A stretch of DNA of 64,000 bases from a virus (IMGVR_UViG_3300022690_000671:15948-79947); one strand, 5' to 3'; shown: positions 37,761-48,151, counted from the first letter of the stretch. Program-made: numbers and translations. Notes: generated by a model from the letters alone, not told the origin.

Positions 37761-38082
37761 GCATCATCATCTCGCGTACCTTGATCTCCGTCGTGTAGCG
37801 GGTATTGCCGTCGCGATCTTCCCACGAGCGCGTTTGCAACGACCCTTCAAAATAGACCCGACTGCCTTTTCTAAGATACTCAGCACAGATCTCGGCCAGA
37901 CGACTCCAGGCCACGATGCTGTGCCACTCGGTCCTCTCTACGAGTTGACCATCCTGATCCTTATAAGATTCGTTTGTGGCGAGGCGCAAGTTGCAAACAG
38001 CCGTGCCATTGCCAGTGTAGCGCAATTCGGGGTCTTGTCCTAAATTGCCAATGAGGATGACTTTGTTGATTGCTCGTGCCAT
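37642..38082 (-). CDS. ssb: Single-stranded DNA-binding protein (bacterial type)
   Basis: [45 protein letters not shown]-terminal DDDLPF. Confidence 0.97.
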   Translation of the reverse strand: MARAINKVILIGNLGQDPELRYTGNGTAVCNLRLATNESYKDQDGQLVERTEWHSIVAWSRLAEICAEYLRKGSRVYFEGSLQTRSWEDRDGNTRYTTEIKVREMMMLDNRESNGTSEASTAQRSRATEVAETVPSSFAPDDDLPF

Positions 38083-38096
38083 GATAATTTCTGCTG

Positions 38097-38522
38097 TTAT
38101 GTGAGTATGTGAGTGGTTGTACCGTTGGCGAGGATATCTACGTAGCGAATGCCTTGTTCTACATCAAGAGAAGCAACTACAACACCATCTTCTCCATAGA
38201 TAAGATACTCAGATTCATAAATAGCAATCCAGGGTTTACGCGTACGCTTGTACAAGATCAACCACACCTCGCCTTGTGGCGTCTCTTCTTTGATTTTTGC
38301 AACCCAATCCTTAATAGCCTTGGTATGCAAATCAAATTCGTAACCAAACTTGACTTCGATTCGAACGTTTCGAATACACTGAAGCAAATCTGCTGAAAAG
38401 GGTAAAGGGCGAATTGCTGCGGCTTGGGCCGATCGCTTACATTCTGGATAACCCAAGCTGCGTAATAAAGCAGCGGCTTCGCGTTCTCCTCTAGCTCCTT
38501 TTCGTTTAGAGTTAATGGGCAT
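38097..38522 (-). CDS. Holliday junction resolvase-like PD-(D/E)XK nuclease
   Basis: [15 protein letters not shown]...IEVK, L.YKR.RKPW. Confidence 0.8.
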   Translation of the reverse strand: MPINSKRKGARGEREAAALLRSLGYPECKRSAQAAAIRPLPFSADLLQCIRNVRIEVKFGYEFDLHTKAIKDWVAKIKEETPQGEVWLILYKRTRKPWIAIYESEYLIYGEDGVVVASLDVEQGIRYVDILANGTTTHILT

Positions 38523-38760
38523 CTGTTTCTATAGATTGAAGATATTTTATTCTCTCTTCCTGAAGAAAACGCGTCCAGTCTTTTTCCCAACTCTCAGGAT
38601 CACAAGTACGACATACAAGTGGTTCTGATCCAAATTGAGATATAGTCGTCAAATGGCCGCATTTAGAACAATGTTTACAATAGATTGCCATATCTCCCTT
38701 TTCTGTATTTAAGTATTAGACGCAAAAGTTATAACACTTGTTTCAAATGTTCTGTGAAGA

Positions 38761-39147
38761 TCACATGGAGATCGCGAGACTCCGCCTAATCGCCAGTTCG
38801 GGATGTTGCCACTTGCCGCCGACAATACCTCGCAGTCGCCTTTCCTCGCGCTGTGTCAGCCCATCGGGGTTTTCGTGGTATACTACGCGGACGCCGTGTC
38901 CAGGAACAACCTCTGTGCCAACATGTCTGTCATAGTCGTTCCAGTATTCAAAAACACCACCCAAGAGCAAGTGGCCTGGGTGTTCATCAATAACAGCGTA
39001 GATCATATAAATAGGGTCTCCGTTAAATTCATAAGCGTCCGCGGGGTGTTCTTGGGGGTCGCAAGTCTTCGTCCTCTTCATCTTGTCAAAAGCAGGGAGT
39101 TCAAAGTCGCCGCCTGTTGTTCTATAAACGTGTAGTTCGGTTTTCAT
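38761..39147 (-). CDS. Hypothetical protein
   Basis: 128-aa ORF. Confidence 0.55.
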   Translation of the reverse strand: MKTELHVYRTTGGDFELPAFDKMKRTKTCDPQEHPADAYEFNGDPIYMIYAVIDEHPGHLLLGGVFEYWNDYDRHVGTEVVPGHGVRVVYHENPDGLTQREERRLRGIVGGKWQHPELAIRRSLAISM

Positions 39148-39349
39148 CGCTCCATCCGGTTTAGTTGGCGTGTTGTTTGTGAATCAATACTTCCTTCAGT
39201 TATCGGATAAAATTTATACGCTTCATCATATGGTTTTGCTGGAATTTTGTCTCTAATCTTAGAAAAAAACATTGTAATAGGCATCGGTTCTATTAATAAT
39301 ATATTAATAGAATTGTCAATATCTCCGATATATTCCTGTAGTAAAGACA

Positions 39350-39958
39350 TTATTCAGAAGGCGAGTTTAATCGACCAAGATTGATAAGAATCCGTATAGC
39401 ATGTTCTTGTGTAGGGCTCAAACGAGAAGGGAGTTTGTCCAAACTATTTTCTGCAAACGCAACAAAACGACTTCCTCCAATGTATTCAGCAACAAAAATA
39501 ATTCCGGTACTATTAAGAATTACATGTTTCAGATTAGTGCTATTCTCAGGAAAACACATTACCACAATATCGGCATCTCTAGCCAAAGGATAGATAAATC
39601 TCGTATTGTTCTCGGTCTGGTGTTGTACATACACCAAAAAAGTATCGCCTGTCACAGGGTACCAGGTGTTAGGATACATTTCTACGACATGCATATATCC
39701 ATAATTTAAACTATCGTTATCAAAAACCTCCGAGGCAGTTGATTCAATGTCCGGATAGACATAAACAAACTCTCTGTATACCTCGGGATCATAATACTTT
39801 TTTGCTGCATCAACCTCCGATTGTTCAACCGTTTTGCATCCCCAAGCAACCACTATCAATATGAGCAAGATTAAAAATTTTATAGTCTTCATGAGTTTGT
39901 CCAGTTTTGAGAGTAAATAAGTTAATTTCAATGTACAAACTAGACGTATTTTATTCAA
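39350..39958 (-). CDS. Putative lipoprotein (likely start MKTIKF)
   Basis: MKTIKFLILLILIVVAWGC lipobox. Confidence 0.6.
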   Translation of the reverse strand: MNKIRLVCTLKLTYLLSKLDKLMKTIKFLILLILIVVAWGCKTVEQSEVDAAKKYYDPEVYREFVYVYPDIESTASEVFDNDSLNYGYMHVVEMYPNTWYPVTGDTFLVYVQHQTENNTRFIYPLARDADIVVMCFPENSTNLKHVILNSTGIIFVAEYIGGSRFVAFAENSLDKLPSRLSPTQEHAIRILINLGRLNSPSE

Positions 39959-40581
39959 GCGGTATCGATTTCCTGAATGTAGAATGGTTCGTTGACATAG
40001 GTATTGTACTTTCGCGCAACTTCAAAAGCGCACTTCAATCTTTGTTTTGCGTCAAAATCTGAACCACAAAAATATTTTATAGTTTTCAACGATGCATTAA
40101 CTTCACGCCCTCCCGCCCCTATGGCATTGAAATTAGTCTGTGACTCCTCAACTAAATCAAACGTTCGTCCAATTTTAATGATACGAGGATCTCGTCCTTC
40201 TATTGAAGGAATACCAAAAAGAATACTGCCTGGCATTTCGTAATTATTCTCTCCTTCAATATCTATACCTCCTTTCATAAGTTCTTGCTGAATTCCTGGA
40301 ATCACAGATTTCAAAAGATATACAAAGAAATCTTCGTTTTTATCCATCCAATCGTATTCGTAATCGTAGTGAAGAACGAGTTGACCAAACCTCGAAAGAC
40401 CGCAGTAACCTACTAACATATAAGAATGTTGATTGGTTGTTTCAACATAAGCAAGTTTAATCTTTCTTAACTTGCTATATTGGGCGTTTGCCGTCAATTC
40501 ACCAGTCGATGCATTTGCCGCAGTTGAATCTTCACAACCAAAAAGCTTTCCGTCTTGATGTAGCATTGCAACAGCACTCAT
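39955..40581 (-). CDS. HslV/proteasome-beta-like Ntn hydrolase
   Basis: M-S-AVA....G.L.GCEDS, K, VGYCG..R.GQ, AIGAGG..V...L, A..Y...V..PF. Confidence 0.65.
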   Translation of the reverse strand: MSAVAMLHQDGKLFGCEDSTAANASTGELTANAQYSKLRKIKLAYVETTNQHSYMLVGYCGLSRFGQLVLHYDYEYDWMDKNEDFFVYLLKSVIPGIQQELMKGGIDIEGENNYEMPGSILFGIPSIEGRDPRIIKIGRTFDLVEESQTNFNAIGAGGREVNASLKTIKYFCGSDFDAKQRLKCAFEVARKYNTYVNEPFYIQEIDTA

Positions 40582-40766
40582 GAGGTTACCTCTTCGTCTA
40601 AAGTTTGTGGATAACGCGTATAAAGAATTTGTTCGTCTACGCAATCAATACATTGATGTACATATTCTGTTGGGGGACCATTCTCACTACTGGATTTTAT
40701 TTCCTTCATGCACACCATCAACCCCCCACATTCACAAAAGATCTCATATTTAACTCGCTGTAGCAT
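40578..40766 (-). CDS. Small zinc-finger protein
   Basis: CECGG.M...Y.HQC..C.....YP. Confidence 0.6.
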   Translation of the reverse strand: MLQRVKYEIFCECGGLMVCMKEIKSSSENGPPTEYVHQCIDCVDEQILYTRYPQTLDEEVTS

Positions 40767-43020
40767 CCTCGGCGGCTATTTCATTTCCAGTAATAAATGG
40801 TTGAAAGTCGATAATATGAACATCCAATTCCCTATCTTCTATACTTCCATATTCTCTGATAACTCTCATGGGAACTTCCCCTATCTTACCGTCTCTATTC
40901 TTCACAATTTGAACGAAATAATCTTCTTTGTTTGGTTCTTGCTCATATGGAATTCCTCCTTTCCAAAAGAACCAAGGATAGTAAAGCATTAATACTTGAT
41001 TGGCGAGTTGCTCTGCTTGGCCGGTGTACCTAAGATCAGAAAGACGGGGCTTGGGTTCAATTGAGAGCGATGCTCGTTTCTCCACCTCGCGACTTAGCTG
41101 AGATATAATAACAACCGGAGCCTTGGTACGTTTAGCTATTTCCTTAATCGAGACCAGAGCACGACTGAGTCGTTCCACGGTATTGTCGTGTTTTCCGTGT
41201 CCTTTATCAGTACCAACAAGTTCAAGAAAATCGAAAACCACTAAGCCAAGATTATGTTGGGCATGAACGGCCAACGATTTAGATAACATATATTGAGGCG
41301 TAGGACTAGGTGTCTCATCAATAAATATGTTTGTTTCTTGTTGATAATCATTAATAGCGCTGTTTATCCTTTGTTCTTCGGACTTGGTAATTGGGAGACG
41401 TGCCTTGGCCCATAACCTGATTCGTTTTGAATCGATTCTTGTCTCTCGACTTATTGTTCTAATCATAAGTTGTTCAACCGTCATTTCCGCAGAAAAAAAC
41501 AGGGCAGCTTTATCGTCTCCTTGAGCAAACCAACGCTTTGTCATCTGTCTAATCATCTGCAACACAAAGGCGGTTTTCATTTGCGACGGTCTGGCGGCTA
41601 TAATTGTTAGTTCGGCCTTTGGTAAACCAATGATTTTATCATCAATCGATACCCAACCCGTAGGTTCATTCAGATCAAGTTGGCCTCTTTTGGCCGCATC
41701 GATAAACACTTTAAATCTTCGCACTGACTCATCAGTATCGGCCATCATGTCCTCTGCTCCTCTTTGAAGCAGAGTCATAAGACGAGACGCAATGTCTCCA
41801 ATGAGTATATCAGGCTCTTCCGCTCCTTTACGAGCAATAGCAGTTGACTCGGCCAGGATTCTACTGGTTTCGCGTAGCATATACGCTTGATTGATCCTTA
41901 TCGCAAAGAATTTAGCATCTGAGTCTGTAACAATCTTCTCGCCATTGATAACAAGACGTTTGACAAACTGCGTATCTAGAGCAAAACGTCCATAATCTCC
42001 GTGTCGTTTGAGTTCTTCAACGATAAGATCAAACGAAGGCGTTACTCCTGAAATCCATAACCGCTGAATCGCTCGAAATATGAGGCGATGTTCCTGAACA
42101 TAGAACGCCTCGGCCTCTAACCGAAGAAGTAAATCCGCTATGATGACTCTGGTTTTGTCATACGATCCTATAATATATCCTAGAGCAACACGTTCGGCCT
42201 CTTCCGCATCTGTTTGGACCGTTAGTTCAATTTCTTCGGCGGCCATAAACCGAAGTAGTGTCGGATCTTCCGGCGCATATTTAGACACATTTTCAAGAAT
42301 TCTATCGACTTCGCCGTCATCAATACCAGGACAACGTAGATTCCGTTCAATCAATAGTGCTGCACGTATTGCTTCTTTTGAAAAGAATCCTCTCTGCATC
42401 CGACCACCCATGCTGAGAAGATAGCTATTACGAGAACCTTCAGGAACTTCTCCATCGACAAGATCAAAGGTTTGACTATGTTTTGAGATCTTAGCCATAT
42501 CGATCAGCCAGGAAGGCATCTGAGCAAAGTCATTATCGAAAGGGTCTACAATCCATTCATATTGAGCATCTGTTTTCGAAGGCGCGACAACAATGTATCC
42601 GCCATCTGTTCGAATGTCTATACCTGGCGCAATGGTTCGGTTACTGAGTGGCTCTTTGGGACGAGCAAAACAGTAATGTAGTCCATGTTGTCCTTCTGAC
42701 GCAACGCCACCCGTACGCTGAACCGGCGTACGATCTAGACGTTGTCCATCATTGTAGGTATCGAGAAGCCGTTTCATAACACGGTGTCCACCATGCCGAG
42801 AATCAATGTCTACGACAACAAAGGTTCCAGTAGCTAATCCCCAGTTGCAGTCAGGATATTGCTCAAACCATGTGCGAATTTGATCAGAGTCTGTTGTCGC
42901 ATCTTTATATCCTTTACCTCCATCCTGTCCGGACACCATAGGCACCTTCGATGACGGTCCCAATGGAAAAACGGGGAATCCGTGTTCTGCGTATTTGAGA
43001 ATCAGGTCAAGGTCTGACAT
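40750..43020 (-). CDS. Primase-helicase: prim-pol domain + PriCT + DnaB-like helicase
   Basis: VFPL...K.P, DATTD, NWGLATG..VVDID, GLH, GIDIR..GGYIV.APS; EGSRN..L; AARPSQMKT, FFSAEM, SQLSREVE, P.LSDLR.TG..EQ.A, KNRDG. Confidence 0.92.
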   Translation of the reverse strand: MSDLDLILKYAEHGFPVFPLGPSSKVPMVSGQDGGKGYKDATTDSDQIRTWFEQYPDCNWGLATGTFVVVDIDSRHGGHRVMKRLLDTYNDGQRLDRTPVQRTGGVASEGQHGLHYCFARPKEPLSNRTIAPGIDIRTDGGYIVVAPSKTDAQYEWIVDPFDNDFAQMPSWLIDMAKISKHSQTFDLVDGEVPEGSRNSYLLSMGGRMQRGFFSKEAIRAALLIERNLRCPGIDDGEVDRILENVSKYAPEDPTLLRFMAAEEIELTVQTDAEEAERVALGYIIGSYDKTRVIIADLLLRLEAEAFYVQEHRLIFRAIQRLWISGVTPSFDLIVEELKRHGDYGRFALDTQFVKRLVINGEKIVTDSDAKFFAIRINQAYMLRETSRILAESTAIARKGAEEPDILIGDIASRLMTLLQRGAEDMMADTDESVRRFKVFIDAAKRGQLDLNEPTGWVSIDDKIIGLPKAELTIIAARPSQMKTAFVLQMIRQMTKRWFAQGDDKAALFFSAEMTVEQLMIRTISRETRIDSKRIRLWAKARLPITKSEEQRINSAINDYQQETNIFIDETPSPTPQYMLSKSLAVHAQHNLGLVVFDFLELVGTDKGHGKHDNTVERLSRALVSIKEIAKRTKAPVVIISQLSREVEKRASLSIEPKPRLSDLRYTGQAEQLANQVLMLYYPWFFWKGGIPYEQEPNKEDYFVQIVKNRDGKIGEVPMRVIREYGSIEDRELDVHIIDFQPFITGNEIAAEDATAS

Positions 43021-43209
43021 TAAGCTCTCTATTTAGGATCGAATCCGTGTCTTACGTATGGGGACCCCGTTTGTTCAATGCGCCGTTTTAATTCGCTTCG
43101 AGCTTCTTTCTCGGTCCCTTCGAAAATTCCAATATGGTGTCTTTTAAAAAAAAGAACATCCTCCACCCAAAACGTCCACTGTCTAGATACATCTTCGAAT
43201 TTCATGTCA

Positions 43210-43845
43210 TCATGTCCGTTTAGGAAAATCCTTGCACTTGACCTTAGTGATGACACGATTTCCGCGCCGATCAAGCAATTCAACATCAGGCCGAGCCACA
43301 ATTCCTTCAGCTTCAAAATCGCCCCACTGGGAATCAAATCCGTATCGACACATTGCAACGGCGTCAAGTAACGTTCCTTCTCCAATAATGGGAACCGTAT
43401 CAATGTTGAGTCGATTCGCAATGTCTTCAACTAATTCGCGTATTAGCCAATTGCCCTCCATTCTGATATCAAAAAGAACGAAGTCGACATAATCGTTGTA
43501 ATTGCCACCACCCTTTTGAATTTTCGGACCATAGCCTTCACCATACAAAATTACTTCTTTGTCTTCTCCGTCGAAATACTCTTCAAAATAATCCTTAATT
43601 CCTGATGCAATCTCTACAAGGCGATGCAAAAGGAAAGGCGGAATTTGAGCTTTATCCGTTCTTCCATGTATCCCACCGTCACCATAAATGCGAATATTAG
43701 TCCCATCCACCTTCTCAGTGAAAATCCATCTGTTCAATGCCAGATAACGAAAAGCGTCGGTCGTCCACTCATTTTCAAGGAACGTCTTGTAATTATTACT
43801 CGAGTCTCTTAAACAGACGCTTTGGATTTTATGGTATGTGCTCAT
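43210..43845 (-). CDS. ATP-dependent RNA ligase (Rnl2-like nucleotidyltransferase)
   Basis: Motif I TEKVDGTNIR, YGEGYG..IQ, FVLFDI, EGIV.RP, ITKVK. Confidence 0.85.
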   Translation of the reverse strand: MSTYHKIQSVCLRDSSNNYKTFLENEWTTDAFRYLALNRWIFTEKVDGTNIRIYGDGGIHGRTDKAQIPPFLLHRLVEIASGIKDYFEEYFDGEDKEVILYGEGYGPKIQKGGGNYNDYVDFVLFDIRMEGNWLIRELVEDIANRLNIDTVPIIGEGTLLDAVAMCRYGFDSQWGDFEAEGIVARPDVELLDRRGNRVITKVKCKDFPKRT

Positions 43846-44048
43846 GACGCCTCCACTATTTCGAATTCCCAAATACCGTGATCGCCGTCCCAGGCTTTGT
43901 CCCAAGCTCGTTCCGCTTCAGCTATGGTATCAAACGTCTCAACCTCAAAGAAGTCATTTTCCAGATAACCATAGCCACCATCGAAACATCCTAGCGAATC
44001 AATGCCGGTACAATCAGGGCAGGTGATTTTAACAACATACTTTCTCAT
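43842..44048 (-). CDS. Hypothetical protein
   Basis: 68 aa with ATGA overlaps on both sides. Confidence 0.55.
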   Translation of the reverse strand: MRKYVVKITCPDCTGIDSLGCFDGGYGYLENDFFEVETFDTIAEAERAWDKAWDGDHGIWEFEIVEAS

Positions 44049-44890
44049 TCGAATGTCCCCGGTTGTGTTTTGCGTTTGTCTTTAGTGGCTGAAGTTTTCT
44101 TGAACTTCCGATACCCATTCACCATCTTATCGAAGGTCGTGAGGCGTTCCGGATTATCTTGTACGGGTCGACGCCTCCTTAAGTTTCCAAAAGAATTTAT
44201 ATTTGCTCTTTCAATCCAGAAATTATCCTTGTACATGATGAAACGTAAAACGGCTGCGATCTCTTTCTCTGAATATAAATCAATCCTATTAATGTCATCA
44301 AAAACCTTAGCCCAGATTTGGATCAATTCGTCATCCTTGAACTTTCTCAGCGATGGACTAAGAATGTTTTTACTACGGAAAAATCTGAGCCCTGTTACGG
44401 CGAGTTCATATTGCCACGAACCAGGATTGAATCCTTTATTTTTTTTAGTATTCTTAGTCAGGTTATTGGTCCGTTCTTCAGGACCAATAACGGATGATTT
44501 TGTCTTTTCGTCTGTTCCGAAATTCGGACTTGGACCTATGTTATTCTTTTTAACTCTTATATATAAGGCATCAATTAGAAGTTTTAGATGAGCCTGAGTC
44601 CGAATTCCTACACCAAAAATGTTTGTAGGGGTTAGAGAATCTACGTTCAAAACGGGCAAATCTGCGATGATTAAATCGTTGTCTCGAAGCCTCACATATC
44701 CTAACTCAGCCAATCGTTTTAGGGACGAATCTATCTTCACTCTACCGCAGTTCATATGATCGATTAAGAACCCTCTGGTGACATCAACGCTTTCCGGTTG
44801 CGATAGGGCGAAAGTCATCAGACCTATGTCCTCTGGCTGAAGTCGGGAGTCCTGACAAAACTTCTTGACGGTTAAGCGCATTGATGGCAT
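44045..44890 (-). CDS. Replication initiator-like protein (N-terminal winged HTH)
   Basis: DSRL.....GL..F.LS.P......L......GR..I...LK.L.ELGYV; lies upstream of the primase-helicase. Confidence 0.6.
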   Translation of the reverse strand: MPSMRLTVKKFCQDSRLQPEDIGLMTFALSQPESVDVTRGFLIDHMNCGRVKIDSSLKRLAELGYVRLRDNDLIIADLPVLNVDSLTPTNIFGVGIRTQAHLKLLIDALYIRVKKNNIGPSPNFGTDEKTKSSVIGPEERTNNLTKNTKKNKGFNPGSWQYELAVTGLRFFRSKNILSPSLRKFKDDELIQIWAKVFDDINRIDLYSEKEIAAVLRFIMYKDNFWIERANINSFGNLRRRRPVQDNPERLTTFDKMVNGYRKFKKTSATKDKRKTQPGTFE

Positions 44891-45104
44891 TTGCTACCCC
44901 CTTTCGGTCGTGTTTAAATGCTGAAAACAGCATACCCAGTAACAGGTTTCGATTCATTGGAACCTGGTCTCTCCACTCCATAACGATAACACTGGAACTT
45001 TTCTCAACGTGTGATATATAGCCCATGTTATGGAGTATGTGTATCAATTCATAGGTACTCAGACGTTTCATCTGAGATATTGTTACAGCGTACTTGGCAT
45101 TCAT
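44784..45104 (-). CDS. Hypothetical protein
   Basis: 106-aa ORF. Confidence 0.4.
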   Translation of the reverse strand: MNAKYAVTISQMKRLSTYELIHILHNMGYISHVEKSSSVIVMEWRDQVPMNRNLLLGMLFSAFKHDRKGVANAINALNRQEVLSGLPTSARGHRSDDFRPIATGKR

Positions 45105-45227
45105 TTAATTATTACCAGGTTGAGTTCTGAAAGGTTCCCTGCCGCAAGATATTTTTTTAGACTGAGTTTTCTGCGTATACTATATATGCCACTCAACCTC
45201 CTGTTCTCCCGTGGCGTTTCTCCCTAC

Positions 45228-45265
45228 AAAGAGCGACCCCGACGATGGCGCTGGGGTCGCTTTTT
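45228..45265. terminator. Probable bidirectional intrinsic terminator
   Basis: AAAGAGCGACCCC-N12-GGGGTCGCTTTTT. Confidence 0.7.
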
Positions 45266-45712
45266 GTATTAAAACATTTCTGTGAGTGCTCGGCGGACGT
45301 GTCGAGCAATCATTGTTAATTTTAGATTTTCGTCTTCTATATCTTTAATTCCAGAGAGAATATCTAGCGAAATATCTTTTGCTATAAGAACAACGAGTTC
45401 GCGTTCAGCCATTTGTCAGATACGTTTTTGTGCAACCATTTTGTCATAAATATCTATCTCTTTATCTGGTGGATATTTTATTATTGTTCCCGTCTTAGAC
45501 ATAGGTTTCACCGTCGTTTATGTGAGTGGTCATATTGACCTATGATTTCTATAGTAGAGAAATCAGCGTTTCTGCCATCATCCAGGTTAATGTCGCCCCT
45601 ACCTGGCCCACCGCGTTTGTTGTAATCTGTAGCGTTATATCGTGTGCTATTTATCACCTTTAATACGAGCCACTGACTTTTTTTGTTTCGGACTTTTAAT
45701 TTTATGATTGTA

Positions 45713-46045
45713 TTATTCGTGACTAAATTTCTCATCATTTTGGTCATCATATATAGTCGAAAATATATAATTTTTCTTTTTGTAATTAAGTGGTCCGTCA
45801 TCTGGATCATAATATATAGCCGAAAATCCCCGGACTCTAAATGGAAGATAAAAGAAGCGTAAGTCGTTGTGTCTGAACCACTCCTTCATGCGTTCAGGCA
45901 TTAACGTCCAAAGGCGTCGACGCCAACAACACTTGTTGGTATAGGTACTTTCTCGACAACACCAACCGCACCAGGTTCTCGTGATTGTGGTTTCGGTGTC
46001 TGATGTTATAGCTTGTAACTTTACGAGCATTGTTTTATAGGTCAA
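45713..46045 (-). CDS. Hypothetical protein
   Basis: 110-aa ORF. Confidence 0.45.
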   Translation of the reverse strand: MTYKTMLVKLQAITSDTETTITRTWCGWCCRESTYTNKCCWRRRLWTLMPERMKEWFRHNDLRFFYLPFRVRGFSAIYYDPDDGPLNYKKKNYIFSTIYDDQNDEKFSHE

Positions 46046-46367
46046 GAAGTTCCAAGAGACGCCTCAAGATCCGAAAGTTATACAACTTACGTCCTCGGAC
46101 GACTGAATCAGAAAGCACTTGCTGAACGGTTTTGGGCTTGTACCCAAGTCGAATAGAAAGTTCCGACCAGATAAGTTTCTTATCTTTTATTCTTTGTTTG
46201 GCCCGTTCTCTATCCGTTAGGAATTGTTTCCTCTGATGAAGCTGTTGGATCTCGTTTGGTCTCAACAGGTTGAACAGTTCCATCTTCTGTTGGATGCTTT
46301 TTCTCGTTATCATTGGGTCTATACATTTGTCTAATCTTCTTAACCAGGGAAGGACTTGATGCGGCAC
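46035..46367 (-). CDS. Putative HTH DNA-binding protein
   Basis: WSELSIRLGYKPKTVQQVLS. Confidence 0.55.
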   Translation of the reverse strand: MPHQVLPWLRRLDKCIDPMITRKSIQQKMELFNLLRPNEIQQLHQRKQFLTDRERAKQRIKDKKLIWSELSIRLGYKPKTVQQVLSDSVVRGRKLYNFRILRRLLELLDL

Positions 46368-46902
46368 CTAACGCATCTATTTGTTCTCGATACTTCGTAG
46401 GTAGATCTTGTGCTTCTCCCATTAGCTTCGATAAGAAGTTAAAGGCCACAATTAGTTGCTGATGTGCCATATTGAATCTAGGATCCTTTACACTGCGTAC
46501 CGTGGGATCTGTGATAGTGATAAGCTTTATTATTTCTACCATTGGCACAGCGCCCCGCTTGACTTGCTGAGAGCGTTCGCCCATCTTTCGGGGAAATACA
46601 GTACCTTCATCAGAGTACCATACCCTTACAATGGAAATAGTAAATCTCCACCTAAACGGGAAAGGATAAACGTCAACGTCTTTTTCTACGACCACTCTTC
46701 CTCGTCTCTTTGCTGCGTTGAGTACTTCGCCCATCGCCCTTTTGAGGTTCCGAGGATCGATGTACTGGACGAGCATTTTCTGTGGAGGAATTACTCTTAC
46801 GTTGGTTGTTTGAATCTGTACCGTCTCCTCCTTCGGGGGTTTTGCCGTTTCCCGTACGTCTAACGTAGTCTTTGATGAAGAGGCGCGTTTTGTCGAACCC
46901 AT
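46210..46902 (-). CDS. Hypothetical protein
   Basis: 230-aa ORF overlapping its neighbours. Confidence 0.5.
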   Translation of the reverse strand: MGSTKRASSSKTTLDVRETAKPPKEETVQIQTTNVRVIPPQKMLVQYIDPRNLKRAMGEVLNAAKRRGRVVVEKDVDVYPFPFRWRFTISIVRVWYSDEGTVFPRKMGERSQQVKRGAVPMVEIIKLITITDPTVRSVKDPRFNMAHQQLIVAFNFLSKLMGEAQDLPTKYREQIDALGAASSPSLVKKIRQMYRPNDNEKKHPTEDGTVQPVETKRDPTASSEETIPNG

Positions 46903-47290
46903 AGCCTTGTCCGTTGAAGATGATTGCTGAGGTAAATCCGTTGGTCTCCATTTGCCTGATTACTTCATCAGGGAAATCCAGTCCTGGGACATTTGGATAA
47001 TCTTTTCGTATATCGATAATATGTTTCTTCTTTCCTCGAATAAACATGAGAGAAGAAGGATTTTGCTGTGTCTCCGCTGTATATTGATTATCACCATCTT
47101 GAATTGTTATCTTAATGATGTCGTAGAACTGAATGTAGATAACTTCAGGAGGGGTTGGAACCTCATAAGGGTTTCTAGATTTTACCCTATATTGTGCGTT
47201 CTCTGTATAGGTAAGTCTCCCATCTTCTGCAATGGTGGGTTTACCCATCGAGACCCAAATCTCCCTCCACGGTTCCTTGATCACCTTCAT
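46673..47290 (-). CDS. Hypothetical protein
   Basis: 205-aa ORF. Confidence 0.55.
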   Translation of the reverse strand: MKVIKEPWREIWVSMGKPTIAEDGRLTYTENAQYRVKSRNPYEVPTPPEVIYIQFYDIIKITIQDGDNQYTAETQQNPSSLMFIRGKKKHIIDIRKDYPNVPGLDFPDEVIRQMETNGFTSAIIFNGQGYGFDKTRLFIKDYVRRTGNGKTPEGGDGTDSNNQRKSNSSTENARPVHRSSEPQKGDGRSTQRSKETRKSGRRKRR

Positions 47291-47891
47291 TGTTTATTCC
47301 TTTATTTATTTTATTAGCAAAATCTATTATGATAGCGTTATATACTGAAAGGTGGGTTCGTATGGCATCTTTCATGGCGTGAACTATACCGCTAATTATA
47401 TTCAGAGAAGAGTATATTGAACTAGGAGGCGTGTCTCCACCCTCAAGGATAGCCATTGTTCTGGGGTCATTATGAAGAAAGTGATGTACTACAGCATATG
47501 CAGCCATTATCTCCTCCGTGTGTCCTTCCATAGCACGAAGATGGGTCAACGCTTGTTGAAGATGGGTATGAATGATCGGGTAAACATCAATTCCCGGCGG
47601 AAGAGAGTCAATTATTATGTTAATAAATGAGATATTTTCTTGGCCCGTAGCTATAAGAAATCTCTTTGCTGCCTCCATCATATCTTCTTGGGCATTTTTT
47701 TGTTCGTCAGATATAGACGGCTGTTGAGGTTCAGAATCTCCTGTAAGTTCTTCGTCCAAATTAGATTGAAACGATTCTTTTTCATTGAGATTGTCCAGAA
47801 ATCTTTGTATATATCCTGGATCATGTTCAGATTGTTTATTATCTTTTGGTCTTTCCTCTTCTTCCTCTGGAAAAGTGTCTTGGTCGCTCAT
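47241..47891 (-). CDS. Hypothetical protein
   Basis: 216-aa ORF. Confidence 0.6.
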   Translation of the reverse strand: MSDQDTFPEEEEERPKDNKQSEHDPGYIQRFLDNLNEKESFQSNLDEELTGDSEPQQPSISDEQKNAQEDMMEAAKRFLIATGQENISFINIIIDSLPPGIDVYPIIHTHLQQALTHLRAMEGHTEEIMAAYAVVHHFLHNDPRTMAILEGGDTPPSSIYSSLNIISGIVHAMKDAIRTHLSVYNAIIIDFANKINKGINNEGDQGTVEGDLGLDG

Positions 47892-47893
47892 GA

Positions 47894-48151
47894 TTAAATT
47901 CGTTGTACGTGCATGAATGTAGTGTGAACATCAGCAGCAAATGAAATGAGGGCGTCAAGATCCTTATAGGCCAGGAATAGTGCATCTTTCGCCCCACCTT
48001 CTTCCACGTCCTCATCGAATGGTGCCTCGGCTCTGAGTCTAGCCAATTGGTCACGGCAGCGTTGAAGTTCGGTCTCAACTTCAGAAGCCACGTCTTTAGG
48101 ATTTATGAATTCTACTTCGTCGTCGCTGAGATATAAGTCTTCTTCTTTCAT
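47894..48151 (-). CDS. Hypothetical acidic protein
   Basis: 85-aa ORF. Confidence 0.55.
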   Translation of the reverse strand: MKEEDLYLSDDEVEFINPKDVASEVETELQRCRDQLARLRAEAPFDEDVEEGGAKDALFLAYKDLDALISFAADVHTTFMHVQRI

